Program-made: the position numbers and the translations under genes
Source of the DNA: Candidatus Daviesbacteria bacterium RIFCSPHIGHO2_12_FULL_37_16
Lineage (GTDB): Bacteria > Patescibacteriota > Microgenomatia > Daviesbacterales > UBA10151
Direction of reading: 5' to 3'
Assembly: GCA_001776785.1 (NCBI GenBank)
Contig: MFDF01000002.1
Coordinates: 6,894 to 70,893 of the forward strand
DNA length: 64,000 nucleotides
The notes under the pieces: generated by a model
Seen by the model: only the letters and a program-made list of their open reading frames with translations
Database searches by the model: none
Told to the model about the DNA's origin: nothing
In this document: positions 39,310-49,316 of the stretch, in pieces
Layout: the number at the start of each line of letters is the position of its first letter
Position numbering within the stretch: position 1 is the first letter of the stretch

Positions 39310-40135
39310 AGGGTTAAAAATTAAGGTAGCCATAGTTCCACTTACAATTTTAGCTTTTATACTTGTTACGGCTATTTTTTTACAAATTAATTCTGTTAAC
39401 GTCGAGGTTTTAAAAGTTGATTGTGTTTCAATTGACCAGCTTAAAAAAGAGTTAAATTTTAAGGGAAAAAATTACTTCTTATTAAATAAAGGTCAAATTA
39501 CTGAGGCTTTAAAAAACAAACATGTCTGTGTTGATAGTTTAAACCTAAGTTATAGATTGCCAAATAACTTAGATATTAAGTTATTTGGCAGAGAGCCAAA
39601 AGCATTATTAAAGGAGAAAACTTTGGTGGTTAATCCAAGCACATCTGAGATAATGGCTTCTTCATCTGCAGATACTAAATTATTGGATTTAGAGACTCAG
39701 GAGAGTTCTGACAGCTCAATATATGTATCTGATGGATTTGGGGTTATATATTCTAAAACAGAAAATATTTCTGATTTACCGCTAATAGAGGTTATCAATC
39801 AGGATCTGGAAATTAAAAACACCATTCCTGAATTAGTTGTGAATACCTTGTCTATTTTGGAAAGGATAAAAAATATGTCAGTTCCTGTTACAAGCGTGAA
39901 AGTATTAGGTAATCAACTGTACCTAGGTAGTCAACCGAAACTAAAATTTACCCTAAGTAATGATTTAGACCGCCAAACCGCCTCTTTACAACTAATCTTA
40001 CAAAAAGATAAAATGAGGCTAAGCCTCTTTCCTACGGAAATGAGGCTAACCCTCGACTCTAAAGAAAAAAGAGAAATTGAAATGATAGATTTAAGATTTG
40101 ATAAACCTGTAGTTGTATATATCCCAAACAAATAA
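39293..40135 (+). CDS. ftsQ: cell division protein FtsQ/DivIB-like
   Basis: N-terminal TM plus a ~250 aa extracytoplasmic region, positioned between murG and ftsA. Confidence 0.4.
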   Translation: MNMSIKGLKIKVAIVPLTILAFILVTAIFLQINSVNVEVLKVDCVSIDQLKKELNFKGKNYFLLNKGQITEALKNKHVCVDSLNLSYRLPNNLDIKLFGREPKALLKEKTLVVNPSTSEIMASSSADTKLLDLETQESSDSSIYVSDGFGVIYSKTENISDLPLIEVINQDLEIKNTIPELVVNTLSILERIKNMSVPVTSVKVLGNQLYLGSQPKLKFTLSNDLDRQTASLQLILQKDKMRLSLFPTEMRLTLDSKEKREIEMIDLRFDKPVVVYIPNK

Positions 40136-41425
40136 ATGGCTAAAGACAAAGTAGTTTGTGCTATTGATGTAGGATCTTCAAAAATTGCAACATTGATTGC
40201 AAGCATTAACGAAGATGGAAGAGTAAATTTAATCGGGGTTGCTGCTACTAACTCAAGAGGGGTTAAGAAAAGCCAGATTGTTGATATTGAATCTGCTGTT
40301 GAGGCAATTACAGAGAGTGTAGAATCAGCAGAAAGAATGGCAGGTTACTCAATTTCCCAGGCGTTCGTGTCTATGGGAGGTCCCCAGATTGAAAGTATTA
40401 ACTCTCATGCTGTAGTAGCTGTGGCAGAACCTGAGGGTGAGATAAAACCATCAGATATAGCCAGGGTGAATGATGCAGCCAGGGCTATAGCCCTTCCTTC
40501 ATCCAGAGAAATTCTGCATGTTATTCCAAGAACTTTTACAGTTGATGGGCAAGAGGGGATTTCGGATCCAGTCGGAATGACTGGTGTAAGGCTTGAGACA
40601 GATACACATATAATTACAGGTCCCACAACTTCTATGAGAAATTTGGTTAAGTGTGTAGGGATGGTTGGAGTGGATGTTAAAGAGTTAGTTTTTTCCGGAA
40701 TGGCTTCATCTCATGCAGTTTTGACTGATACAGAAAAAGAGCTTGGAGTTATTTTAGTTGACATAGGTGGAGAGACAACTGATGTTGTAATTTTTGTGGA
40801 TGGGGCAATAGGATATTCGGCAGTTATTCCTCTTGGGGGAAGGCATATAACTTCTGATATTGCAGTAGGGCTTAGGATCTCTTTGGAATCTGCAGAAAAG
40901 ATTAAAGTTGCTTTAGGCAAATCATTAAAGCAGCCAGTTGTACCAGAAGAGAGGGATGAAAAAGGTGCAACAAAAAAAAGAGAGGAAGAGGTTTTGGATT
41001 TGAAGTCTATGGGAGTTACAGAAGAAGTCCAAAAGATTTCCAGAAAAGCTGTAGTGGATTCGATTATCAGGCCGAGACTTCAGGAGATTTTTAAATATGT
41101 CGGCAAAGAGATTAAAAAAAGTGGTTTTGGGTCACAAACTCCATCAGGGCTTGTGATTACTGGGGGAGCAGCAACAACTGTTGGGCTTTTGGACCAGGCT
41201 AAATATATTTTAGGATTTCCTGCAAGAGTTGGAAAGATAGAAGGGTTTATGGGTCTGGTTGATGAGGTTGAATCTCCAGGGTTTGCAACTGCTGCAGGGC
41301 TTATACTATATGGGGCAAAAGGAGATATGACTGCAGAGACGGGTTTGCCTGTTTTAGGATCAGGTTTACCTATTAAAGCAGTCACCCAAAAAGTGACAGA
41401 TTTGATTAAATCTTTCCTTCCATAA
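40136..41425 (+). CDS. ftsA: cell division protein FtsA
   Basis: Actin-like ATPase N-terminus VVCAIDVGSSKIATLIAS, full length. Confidence 0.85.
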   Translation: MAKDKVVCAIDVGSSKIATLIASINEDGRVNLIGVAATNSRGVKKSQIVDIESAVEAITESVESAERMAGYSISQAFVSMGGPQIESINSHAVVAVAEPEGEIKPSDIARVNDAARAIALPSSREILHVIPRTFTVDGQEGISDPVGMTGVRLETDTHIITGPTTSMRNLVKCVGMVGVDVKELVFSGMASSHAVLTDTEKELGVILVDIGGETTDVVIFVDGAIGYSAVIPLGGRHITSDIAVGLRISLESAEKIKVALGKSLKQPVVPEERDEKGATKKREEEVLDLKSMGVTEEVQKISRKAVVDSIIRPRLQEIFKYVGKEIKKSGFGSQTPSGLVITGGAATTVGLLDQAKYILGFPARVGKIEGFMGLVDEVESPGFATAAGLILYGAKGDMTAETGLPVLGSGLPIKAVTQKVTDLIKSFLP

Positions 41426-41477
41426 TATAGTTGACGGCCAATAGTTTAGTTGTTACAATCACCCAAAGATTCTTCTT

Positions 41478-42686
41478 ATGTTAATTAAGCCGGATGTTCA
41501 AAGATTTGCCAAGATTAAGGTTGTAGGTTTGGGTGGGGGTGGATCTAATGCCCTAAACTCAATGATCACACTTCAACAGATCCAGGGGGTAGAATTTATT
41601 GCTATCAATACTGATGCCCAGGCACTGCTTGGTAACCAGGCACCAACAAAAGTCCAGATTGGTGAGTCTTTAACCCGGGGTTTAGGCTCCGGTGGTAACC
41701 CGCAAATTGGAAGAGAAGCTGCAGAAGAATCTAATGAAAAAATCCAGGAAGTTTTAGAAGGTGCAGATATGGTTTTTATAACAGCAGGTATGGGAGGAGG
41801 GACTGGGACAGGTTCTGCGTCTGTAACTGCATCTGTTGCCAAACAGCTTGGGGCTTTAACTGTAGCAGTTGTGACAAAACCATTCACTTTTGAGGGTTCC
41901 AGAAGAATGGTGGTTGCAGAAGAAGGGATAGAAGAATTAAAAGATAAAGTTGATGCTTTAATTGTGATTCCAAACCAAAGATTACTTGAGGTTGTTGATA
42001 AGACTATGACACTTCAGGAAGCTTTTAAACTGGCTGATTCTGTTTTAGGTCAGGGTGTGCAGGGAATTTCTGATTTGATCACAATGCCCGGGCTTATTAA
42101 TGTAGACTTTGCAGATGTTAGATCCATCATGACAAATGCTGGTTCTGCCTTAATGGGTATAGGTCAGGCTGGTGGAGAAAACAGGGCTTCTACTGCGGCC
42201 AGGATGGCTATTGCATCACCACTATTGGAGGTTTCAATTGAAGGAGCCAAAGGAGTACTTTTCAATATTGTTGGCGGACCTGATTTGGGTATGAATGAGG
42301 TTAATGAAGCAGCCCAGATTATAGCCCAGGCTGCAGAACCTGATGCAAACATTATATTTGGTGCAACTATTAAAGAAGAGCTTGTGGATATGGTTAAAAT
42401 TTCTGTGATAGCTACTGGATTTGATGAGTCCAGGGTAAAACTTAGAGAATATGCAGGGATTGGGGCTATGAATGCACCTGTGTCTGCGCCAATTTTTACT
42501 TCTTCAAATAATCAAAATCCTCCAAGTCAAACTTCAACCTACCAGCAAACAACAAGTTCCAATTCTTCCCAGTATTCTTCATCCCAGTCTTCCCAGAGTG
42601 CTGAGGAGGAGTTAGAGCAGATTGAATCAAAAAATGAGTCTGATGATGATCTAGAAATCCCTGCATTTTTAAGACAAAACAGATAA
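41478..42686 (+). CDS. ftsZ: cell division protein FtsZ
   Basis: Tubulin signature GGGTGTG, N-terminal GLGGGGSNA and a disordered Q/S-rich C-terminal tail. Confidence 0.95.
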   Translation: MLIKPDVQRFAKIKVVGLGGGGSNALNSMITLQQIQGVEFIAINTDAQALLGNQAPTKVQIGESLTRGLGSGGNPQIGREAAEESNEKIQEVLEGADMVFITAGMGGGTGTGSASVTASVAKQLGALTVAVVTKPFTFEGSRRMVVAEEGIEELKDKVDALIVIPNQRLLEVVDKTMTLQEAFKLADSVLGQGVQGISDLITMPGLINVDFADVRSIMTNAGSALMGIGQAGGENRASTAARMAIASPLLEVSIEGAKGVLFNIVGGPDLGMNEVNEAAQIIAQAAEPDANIIFGATIKEELVDMVKISVIATGFDESRVKLREYAGIGAMNAPVSAPIFTSSNNQNPPSQTSTYQQTTSSNSSQYSSSQSSQSAEEELEQIESKNESDDDLEIPAFLRQNR

Positions 42687-42687
42687 G

Positions 42688-42951
42688 ATGCTTGAAAGTA
42701 GAATTGAACCTGAAAGTGATCATGCTTTTAAGAATAGAAAAGAGAGAATATTTGGTAGGTCTCAAACTGTATGGGAGTTTTGTTGGGATTTAAGAGATAT
42801 GTATCCTAACAAAGTAACTGAGTTTATATTTAGTATTGCCGATGAAGCAGACAGTAGAATTTATGCTAAGCAGATTGGGAGAAAAAGGTTTCTTAGACTT
42901 GTTGGACCTTTGAAATTGCCATTAACTTCAATTAAAGAACCAAATTTTTAA
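42688..42951 (+). CDS. small hypothetical protein translationally coupled to ftsZ
   Basis: Start ATG 2 nt after the ftsZ stop codon. 87 aa, no TM, no recognisable motif. Confidence 0.3.
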   Translation: MLESRIEPESDHAFKNRKERIFGRSQTVWEFCWDLRDMYPNKVTEFIFSIADEADSRIYAKQIGRKRFLRLVGPLKLPLTSIKEPNF

Positions 42952-43037
42952 TTCTTGCAGGTATTGTCTAATCCCACCTTAAATGTCTCAAACTTTTAGG
43001 CACAAATATTATTAAATATTCCAAGGTTGCCGCACAA

Positions 43038-43065
43038 TCAACCTCGGAGGTTGCTGTTTAATTCT
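43038..43065 (+). terminator. candidate intrinsic terminator after the dcw operon
   Basis: CAACCT-CGG-AGGTTG hairpin followed by CTGTTTAATTCTT. Confidence 0.3.
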
Positions 43066-43161
43066 TCAGACATTAACTTCTTGAAGCAAATTCAATAAAA
43101 TTTTACAATACAATCTATGCTTAAACCTTTTCTAACAATTTTATCCACATGGAGTAAATTG

Positions 43162-43701
43162 TTAGGTAAAGAAGTAAGAGATTAGTTTATTTTGGCTTTC
43201 AAGAGAGTTTGCTTCAATGTATTCAACTTCTGCAGCTACCCCAAAATAGTCCCTTAAGTATTTAACTATCTCAAAACAAGGATAGGGGTGAATAAAAACA
43301 CTGTTTTGCAGTTTATAGAAACCAATCTCTTTCATCTTTTTCCTAAGTAAAAATCTTTCATTATTTTTACTGATTGGGATATCAAAAATTATTATCCTCC
43401 ATTTCCCATCCCAACTTATTGGTTTTTCAATTTTTAAATTATCAATCTGATATCTTCTTAGCTTTGCTTTACCATCTTTTGTAAGCTTTATAACTGAAAC
43501 TCCCTTTTTATTCTTAATTATTTCTACTAAGCTTCTTTTTTGAAGTCTTTTTATTTCCTGGTTTATTCTTGCGAGATCAACTTTTTTAAGTAATGGTAAG
43601 ACTTTAGCAAGACCAGGTGCTACAGACACAATAGGAACAATACCAATAATGCCCAGTGCAATTAAAATATTTTTTGCAACATCTTTTTGTTTTTCAGTCA
43701 T
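43162..43701 (-). CDS. PaaX-like winged-helix transcriptional regulator with N-terminal membrane anchor (short form)
   Basis: N-terminal TM, a wHTH-like segment and the WDGKW-containing segment (WDGKWRIIIFDIP...YKLQNSVFIHP) that aligns to PaaX WDGKWLLLL and superficially resembles Cas2. Confidence 0.45.
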   Translation of the reverse strand: MTEKQKDVAKNILIALGIIGIVPIVSVAPGLAKVLPLLKKVDLARINQEIKRLQKRSLVEIIKNKKGVSVIKLTKDGKAKLRRYQIDNLKIEKPISWDGKWRIIIFDIPISKNNERFLLRKKMKEIGFYKLQNSVFIHPYPCFEIVKYLRDYFGVAAEVEYIEANSLESQNKLISYFFT

Positions 43702-43863
43702 AAGAATAGTCTATTGAATTTTATAACAAAATGCACTACGTGGATAAAAATGTTATCGATACTTATATTTATAACTTTAATTACTTTAATTGATAGTTAA
43801 AATAATACCCAGACCAATTTATTAGGTTGCAGGAGGGCTTCAACTTCGGCTACAATACTACGT

Positions 43864-46743
43864 ATGTTTAAACCTGTTTCCAGTTCTGTTGATTTTCCGG
43901 CTCTTGAGAGAGAATGGCTAAAGAAATGGTATGAAGAAGGAATTGTTGAGAAATATTTAAAGAGAAATGATACTTCGGAGAAAAAATATTCTTTTTTAGA
44001 CGGGCCTATTACTGCAAATAACCCAATGGGAGTCCACCACGGGTGGGGAAGAACTTATAAGGATTTGTGGCAAAGGTGGCATAACATGAGGGGATATAAA
44101 CAAAGGTTTCAAAATGGATTTGACGAACAAGGACTTTGGGTTGAGGTTGAAGTTGAGAAAGAGTTGGGGCTTAAATCTAAAAAAGATATAGAAAATTTAG
44201 TACCTGGAGATAAATTTGCTTCACTTGAAAAATTTATAAATCTCTCTAAAGAAAGAGTCAAAAAATATTCTGCAATTCAAACTGAACAGTCTAAAAGACT
44301 TGGATATTTTATGGACTGGGATAATTCGTATCACACATCCTCTGATGAAAATAATTATGCAATCTGGAATTTTCTAAAAGTTGTTAATGATAAAGGATGG
44401 TTATACAAAGGTCATGACAGCGTTCCCTGGTGTCCAAGGTGCGGAACTGCAATTTCCCAGCATGAAATAGAATCTGATGGATATAAACTAGTAACCCATG
44501 AATCCATATATTTTGAATTGCCAATTGAAGGAAAAGATAAGGAATATTTACTGGTTTGGACAACTACTCCATGGACACTACCAGCAAATATTGCAGTAGC
44601 TGTAGATGAAAAAATGGAATATTCATTGGTTGAAGGTACTAGTGGTGATAATTTCTGGGTTGCCAAAGAATTAGTGGAAACGGTATTTAAAGGTGAACTT
44701 AAGGGGGTTGTAAAAACTGTAAAAGGGAAAGAGTTAGTTGGTTTAAAGTATAGCTGGGCTTTTGATAATCTTCCTAAAGTAAAAGAAGTTGCAGAAAAAA
44801 ATCCCGGGAAATTTCATCTTGTAATTGCAACTGATGAGAGAATAATGCCTATTAGTACTACTGAAGGTACGGGGCTTGTTCATACTGCTGTTTCTGCAGG
44901 GGTGGAGGATTTTGCACTTGGAAAAAAATTAGGCCTGCCTTTAATTGAAGTTATAGATGAGGAAGCGAATTATTTAGAGGGATTAGGGGATTTCTCAGGA
45001 AAAAATGCCAAGAAAAATCCAAAAGTTATTTTAGATTATCTTGAAGAGCAAAACAAAAAGGGGAATTGGGTTTTTAAGATTGAACCATATCAGCATAGAT
45101 ACCCAACTTGCTGGAGGTGCGGGACAGAACTTGTCTGGAGAGTGGTAGATGAGTGGTATATTTCTATGGACAAAAAAGATGAAGCAGAAAAAACTTTCAG
45201 GGAACAAATGGTTGAAGTGGCAGTCAAGATTTCCTGGCATCCCAGGTGGGGTTTGGATAGGGAATTGGATTGGCTTAAGAATATGCATGATTGGTTAATC
45301 TCAAAAAAGAGGTATTGGGGTTTGGCATTGCCAATATGGGAATGCAAAAAATGCAGACATTTTGAGATAATTGGAGGAAAAGAGGAGTTAAAAGAGAAAG
45401 CTTTGAAGGGATGGAAGGAGTTTGAGGGAAACTCTCCTCATAGACCCTGGGTAGATCAAATTAAGATAAAATGTTCAGAATGCGGAGAGTTGATGGAGAG
45501 GATTCCTGATGTTGGAAACCCCTGGCTTGATGCAGGGATTGTACCATTTTCTACACTTCCAGAAGATTGGTTTCCAGCCGACTTAGTAAGTGAGTCATTC
45601 CCCGGACAGTTTAAAAACTGGTTTTATGCCATGGTTGCAATGAGCACTGCCCTTAAGAGAACAAATCCTTTTAAAAACCTATTTGGTTATGCCCTGGTTA
45701 AGGACGAGAAGGGTGAGGAGATGCATAAATCAAAAGGAAATTCCATTGAATTTAATGAAGCAGCAGATAATATGGGTGCAGATGTAATGAGATGGATGTA
45801 TATGACTCAAAACCCTGAGGTTAACTTACATTTTGGTTTTAATGTAGCAGCAGAAATTAAGAGAAGGTTTTATCTGATTTTATGGAATACATATAAGTTT
45901 TTTGTGGATTATGCTTCTTTATCAGACTGGCAGTGTGAATTAAAAAGAGGAGAGCTTACTATACTGGACAGGTGGATTCTGGCAAGATTAACTGAAGTTG
46001 TGCTTTTGGTCAATAAGTCTATGGAGAAATATGATGCTTCAACTGCATCAAGGGCAATTGAGGATTTTGTAATTAATGATCTATCTACCTGGTATATAAG
46101 AAGAAACAGGGATAGAGTTGGACTAAATGCTACTGATTTAGATAGAAATACAACTTTGAGTGTGATTTATGGTAATTTAGTGACACTTTCTAAGCTTTTA
46201 GCCCCATTTATGCCCTTTATTAGTGAGGAGATATATCAAAACCTGGCTGAACCTAGTTCAGTCCACCTGACAGATTACCCTTTAGGAGATAAATCATTTT
46301 TGGATGAAAAGTTAATAGCTGATATGAAGATAGTTAGGGTTATAGTAGAGCTTGGACATGCACAAAGGAAAGAGGCGCAGATTAAATTAAGACAGCCATT
46401 AAGTAAATTAAGCTATTTAGCTACTTTGCAATTGAGTCCTGATCTAGAGCAAATAATTGCGGATGAGTTAAATGTTAAGAAAGTTGAGTATGAAAAGTCC
46501 TCAAATAAAAATCCTTCAGTTGAATTGGATACAAAAATTACTCCAGATTTAAAAGAAGAAGGTGAGGCAAGGGAATTGATAAGACAGATTCAACAGTTAA
46601 GAAAAGATAGTGGATTAACCCTTAAGGATAAAGTTAATGTTAAAGCTCCAAATTGGCCAAAGAGATTTGAAGAGATGATTTTAAAGTCAACTTCCGCTAA
46701 GAATATTTCCAGCTCTGATCAGGTTGAAATCGAAAAAGTATAA
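43864..46743 (+). CDS. ileS: class I aminoacyl-tRNA synthetase, isoleucine--tRNA ligase-like
   Basis: FLDGPITANN...GFDEQGL matches the IleRS N-terminus. WCPRCGTAI zinc knuckle and HDWLISKKRYWGLALPIW (DWCISRQRYWG-like). HIGH and KMSKS positions are non-canonical (HHGW; EMHKSKGN). Confidence 0.65.
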   Translation: MFKPVSSSVDFPALEREWLKKWYEEGIVEKYLKRNDTSEKKYSFLDGPITANNPMGVHHGWGRTYKDLWQRWHNMRGYKQRFQNGFDEQGLWVEVEVEKELGLKSKKDIENLVPGDKFASLEKFINLSKERVKKYSAIQTEQSKRLGYFMDWDNSYHTSSDENNYAIWNFLKVVNDKGWLYKGHDSVPWCPRCGTAISQHEIESDGYKLVTHESIYFELPIEGKDKEYLLVWTTTPWTLPANIAVAVDEKMEYSLVEGTSGDNFWVAKELVETVFKGELKGVVKTVKGKELVGLKYSWAFDNLPKVKEVAEKNPGKFHLVIATDERIMPISTTEGTGLVHTAVSAGVEDFALGKKLGLPLIEVIDEEANYLEGLGDFSGKNAKKNPKVILDYLEEQNKKGNWVFKIEPYQHRYPTCWRCGTELVWRVVDEWYISMDKKDEAEKTFREQMVEVAVKISWHPRWGLDRELDWLKNMHDWLISKKRYWGLALPIWECKKCRHFEIIGGKEELKEKALKGWKEFEGNSPHRPWVDQIKIKCSECGELMERIPDVGNPWLDAGIVPFSTLPEDWFPADLVSESFPGQFKNWFYAMVAMSTALKRTNPFKNLFGYALVKDEKGEEMHKSKGNSIEFNEAADNMGADVMRWMYMTQNPEVNLHFGFNVAAEIKRRFYLILWNTYKFFVDYASLSDWQCELKRGELTILDRWILARLTEVVLLVNKSMEKYDASTASRAIEDFVINDLSTWYIRRNRDRVGLNATDLDRNTTLSVIYGNLVTLSKLLAPFMPFISEEIYQNLAEPSSVHLTDYPLGDKSFLDEKLIADMKIVRVIVELGHAQRKEAQIKLRQPLSKLSYLATLQLSPDLEQIIADELNVKKVEYEKSSNKNPSVELDTKITPDLKEEGEARELIRQIQQLRKDSGLTLKDKVNVKAPNWPKRFEEMILKSTSAKNISSSDQVEIEKV

Positions 46744-46747
46744 TTTA

Positions 46748-47800
46748 ATGGCCCTTTGCATTCTCTTATTACTGTCATTATCTATAACAGTTATATATTC
46801 TTCTAATCAAAATTTGGCTATTGCGCAAACAATCTTCTCTGCGGTCGGTTTAGGCTTGTTTTTTCTTCTGAGAAATATTGATTACAGATTTTTAGGATCA
46901 GTGATAAAACCATTATATATAATAATCCTTGGGCTTTTAGTTATAACCTTTATTTTAGGTATTGAAACAAGGGGTTCAGTCAGATGGATACCTATTGGTC
47001 CTTTTAATCTCCAACCATCAGAGTTTGCAAAACCTCTAATAATCCTTCTATTGGCTGATTTTTGGAGTAAAAATTATGCATCCTGGAAAAATATTTTTAA
47101 AAGCTTTTTGATAATATCTCCAATCTACTTACTAGTATTTAGACAACCTGATTTAGGTACTACACTCACGCTGTTATTTACCTGGTTTGGAATTTTGATA
47201 GTTTCCCAAATTTCTTTTTTTAAATTACTTAGTGTGGTGATTGGAGGAATTAGCATCATACCAATAATCTGGTTTAATCTGCATTCATACCAGAAAGAAA
47301 GAATTTTTAGTTTCATCTCACCTCAACAAGACCCGCAGGGAATTGGGTTTCATGTTATTCAGTCAACAATAGCAGTAGGTTCAGGGCAGTTTTTTGGAAG
47401 AGGGTTGGGACGGGGAACCCAATCAAGGCTCCAGTTTTTGCCTGAGTTTAGAACAGATTTTATTTTTGCTTTTATTGCTGAGGAACTTGGTTTTATAGGT
47501 TCAATCATTGTTTTAAGTTTATATGCATTTCTATTTGTGCTGGGTTTTAAGATCTTAAATAATATTGAAGATAGGTTTGGAGAGCTCATAGTGGTAGGGG
47601 TTTTTAGTCTTCTGTTTTTTCAGATTTTTGTAAATGTTGGTATGAATATTGGTTTACTACCAATAACTGGCATTACATTGCCGCTATTATCCTATGGGGG
47701 AAGTTCTTTGATAACAACTCTGATACTTTTGGGTTTAGTATCCTCTGTATCCAGGTTTGGAACCAAAAAAGCTGAGATGAGGATATTTAGCATTAATTGA
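46748..47800 (+). CDS. rodA: SEDS family protein RodA-like (second FtsW/RodA paralog)
   Basis: SEDS fold and C-terminal motifs. ATG at 46748, 4 nt after the ileS stop. Confidence 0.65.
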   Translation: MALCILLLLSLSITVIYSSNQNLAIAQTIFSAVGLGLFFLLRNIDYRFLGSVIKPLYIIILGLLVITFILGIETRGSVRWIPIGPFNLQPSEFAKPLIILLLADFWSKNYASWKNIFKSFLIISPIYLLVFRQPDLGTTLTLLFTWFGILIVSQISFFKLLSVVIGGISIIPIIWFNLHSYQKERIFSFISPQQDPQGIGFHVIQSTIAVGSGQFFGRGLGRGTQSRLQFLPEFRTDFIFAFIAEELGFIGSIIVLSLYAFLFVLGFKILNNIEDRFGELIVVGVFSLLFFQIFVNVGMNIGLLPITGITLPLLSYGGSSLITTLILLGLVSSVSRFGTKKAEMRIFSIN

Positions 47801-47832
47801 CACAAGGTTGGTTTAAAGGTAAAATTAGCAAC

Positions 47833-48147
47833 ATGATAAATTACGCAGTTTGTGAGATTAATGGAAAGCAGGTAAAAGTAACACCCAATAGCGATATTTT
47901 AGTGGATTTTTTAGGAGATGTTAAGGCTTTAAGCTGCGATAAAGTACTTTTGATAAAAGATGGGGAGGAACTTAAAATTGGAACACCATATCTTAAAGAT
48001 GTGTTGGATTTTGATATTTTAGAGACAAAGAAAGGTGCAAAGATAAGAGTTGCTAAATTTCATGCAAAAGCAAATTACAGGAGAGTAATTGGATCAAGAC
48101 AAAAATTTTCAAAAATCAAGCTTAAAAACAGCGTGAAAAAGAGTTGA
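47833..48147 (+). CDS. rplU: 50S ribosomal protein L21
   Basis: MINYAVCEINGKQVKV N-terminus typical of bL21. The track ORF starts 12 codons upstream; ATG at 47833 chosen. Confidence 0.8.
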   Translation: MINYAVCEINGKQVKVTPNSDILVDFLGDVKALSCDKVLLIKDGEELKIGTPYLKDVLDFDILETKKGAKIRVAKFHAKANYRRVIGSRQKFSKIKLKNSVKKS

Positions 48148-48200
48148 CAAAGCTTTTCACAGTATGTATAGTTGGGGTAATTAAAGGAGAATTAAAATAA

Positions 48201-48446
48201 ATGGCACATAAAAAAGGCGGCGGAACAGCAAAAACAAACAGAGATTCTATTTCCAAAAGATTGGGTGTAAAAAAATATGGTGGGGAGAAAGTTTTGCCCG
48301 GAAATATAATAATCAGGCAAAAGGGTTCTAAGTTTCATACAGGAGTTGGTGTAAGAATGGGTAATGATTTTACAATTTATTCCGTGACAGAGGGTAAAGT
48401 AGAGTTTAAAAAGAAGCTTGGTAAGAGAATGGTACATGTAACTTAA
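48201..48446 (+). CDS. rpmA: 50S ribosomal protein L27
   Basis: MAHKKGGGT...IIRQKG...[16 protein letters not shown] 12 nt upstream. Confidence 0.9.
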   Translation: MAHKKGGGTAKTNRDSISKRLGVKKYGGEKVLPGNIIIRQKGSKFHTGVGVRMGNDFTIYSVTEGKVEFKKKLGKRMVHVT

Positions 48447-48449
48447 GTG

Positions 48450-49316
48450 ATGGACGACCAACCACAAGATAAGGTTTTTGAGATTGATATTAATTTACTT
48501 CAGGCAAATCCCCTGCAGCCCCGCGGTTTAATTACACCTGAATCTTTAGCAGAGCTTGCAGAATCTATAAGAACCCATGGTGTGCTAGAGCCGATTGTTG
48601 TGGCTAAAACACCTGCAGGATATCAAATTATTGCCGGAGAGAGAAGATGGAGAGCTTCAAGGCTTGTTGGTCTTGAAAAAGTACCTGTTATTATCAGAGA
48701 AACTTCACCCCAAGGGATGCTGGAGATGGCAATTGTAGAAAATGTCCAAAGGGTTGACCTAAACCCTTTAGAAAGAGCCCAGGCATATAAAAGATTAATG
48801 GATGAATTTAATTTAACAAATGCTGAAATTGCAGAAAGAGTAGCAAAATCTCCATCTTATATTTCTAATACAATAAGACTTTTAACATTACCAGATGCCT
48901 TAAAAGATGCTTTAATGTCTGGTCAGACTACAGAGGGTCATGTTAGGGCACTATCCGCTCTGGAGGATCCCCACTTAATTATTGAGGCTTACAAGGAAGT
49001 CTTAAGAAGAAACCTTTCAGTAAGAGGTACTGAAGAGCTGGTTAGAAAACTGCGCTCTAAGCATGGAATAGCCCCTAAAAAGGGAGCAGCTCCAGAAAAA
49101 ATGAGGATTATTTCTGATGAAATTGACCAGGTTGAACAAGGTTTAAGAGAAATATTGTCTAATGGAGACGGCAGTGCTGCTAAAGTTAAATATGATTTAA
49201 CAGGGTCAAGCGCCAGGCTTGAAATTAGAATACCAGGTCAGCCAGATAAAACCAGTGAGACTATTCAGGAAATATACCGGGCAATTAATGAGAGACTGGG
49301 AAACAGATCTGTTTAA
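48450..49316 (+). CDS. parB: ParB/Spo0J family chromosome partitioning protein
   Basis: ParB box GERRWRAS and an HTH region. No parA in the window. Confidence 0.8.
   Translation: MDDQPQDKVFEIDINLLQANPLQPRGLITPESLAELAESIRTHGVLEPIVVAKTPAGYQIIAGERRWRASRLVGLEKVPVIIRETSPQGMLEMAIVENVQRVDLNPLERAQAYKRLMDEFNLTNAEIAERVAKSPSYISNTIRLLTLPDALKDALMSGQTTEGHVRALSALEDPHLIIEAYKEVLRRNLSVRGTEELVRKLRSKHGIAPKKGAAPEKMRIISDEIDQVEQGLREILSNGDGSAAKVKYDLTGSSARLEIRIPGQPDKTSETIQEIYRAINERLGNRSV

Noticed and set aside
43162-43701. Stand-alone Cas2 / orphan CRISPR component
   Set aside because: The Cas2-like stretch aligns better to the WDGKW region of PaaX-family regulators. No CRISPR repeats, cas1 or other cas genes exist in the window.
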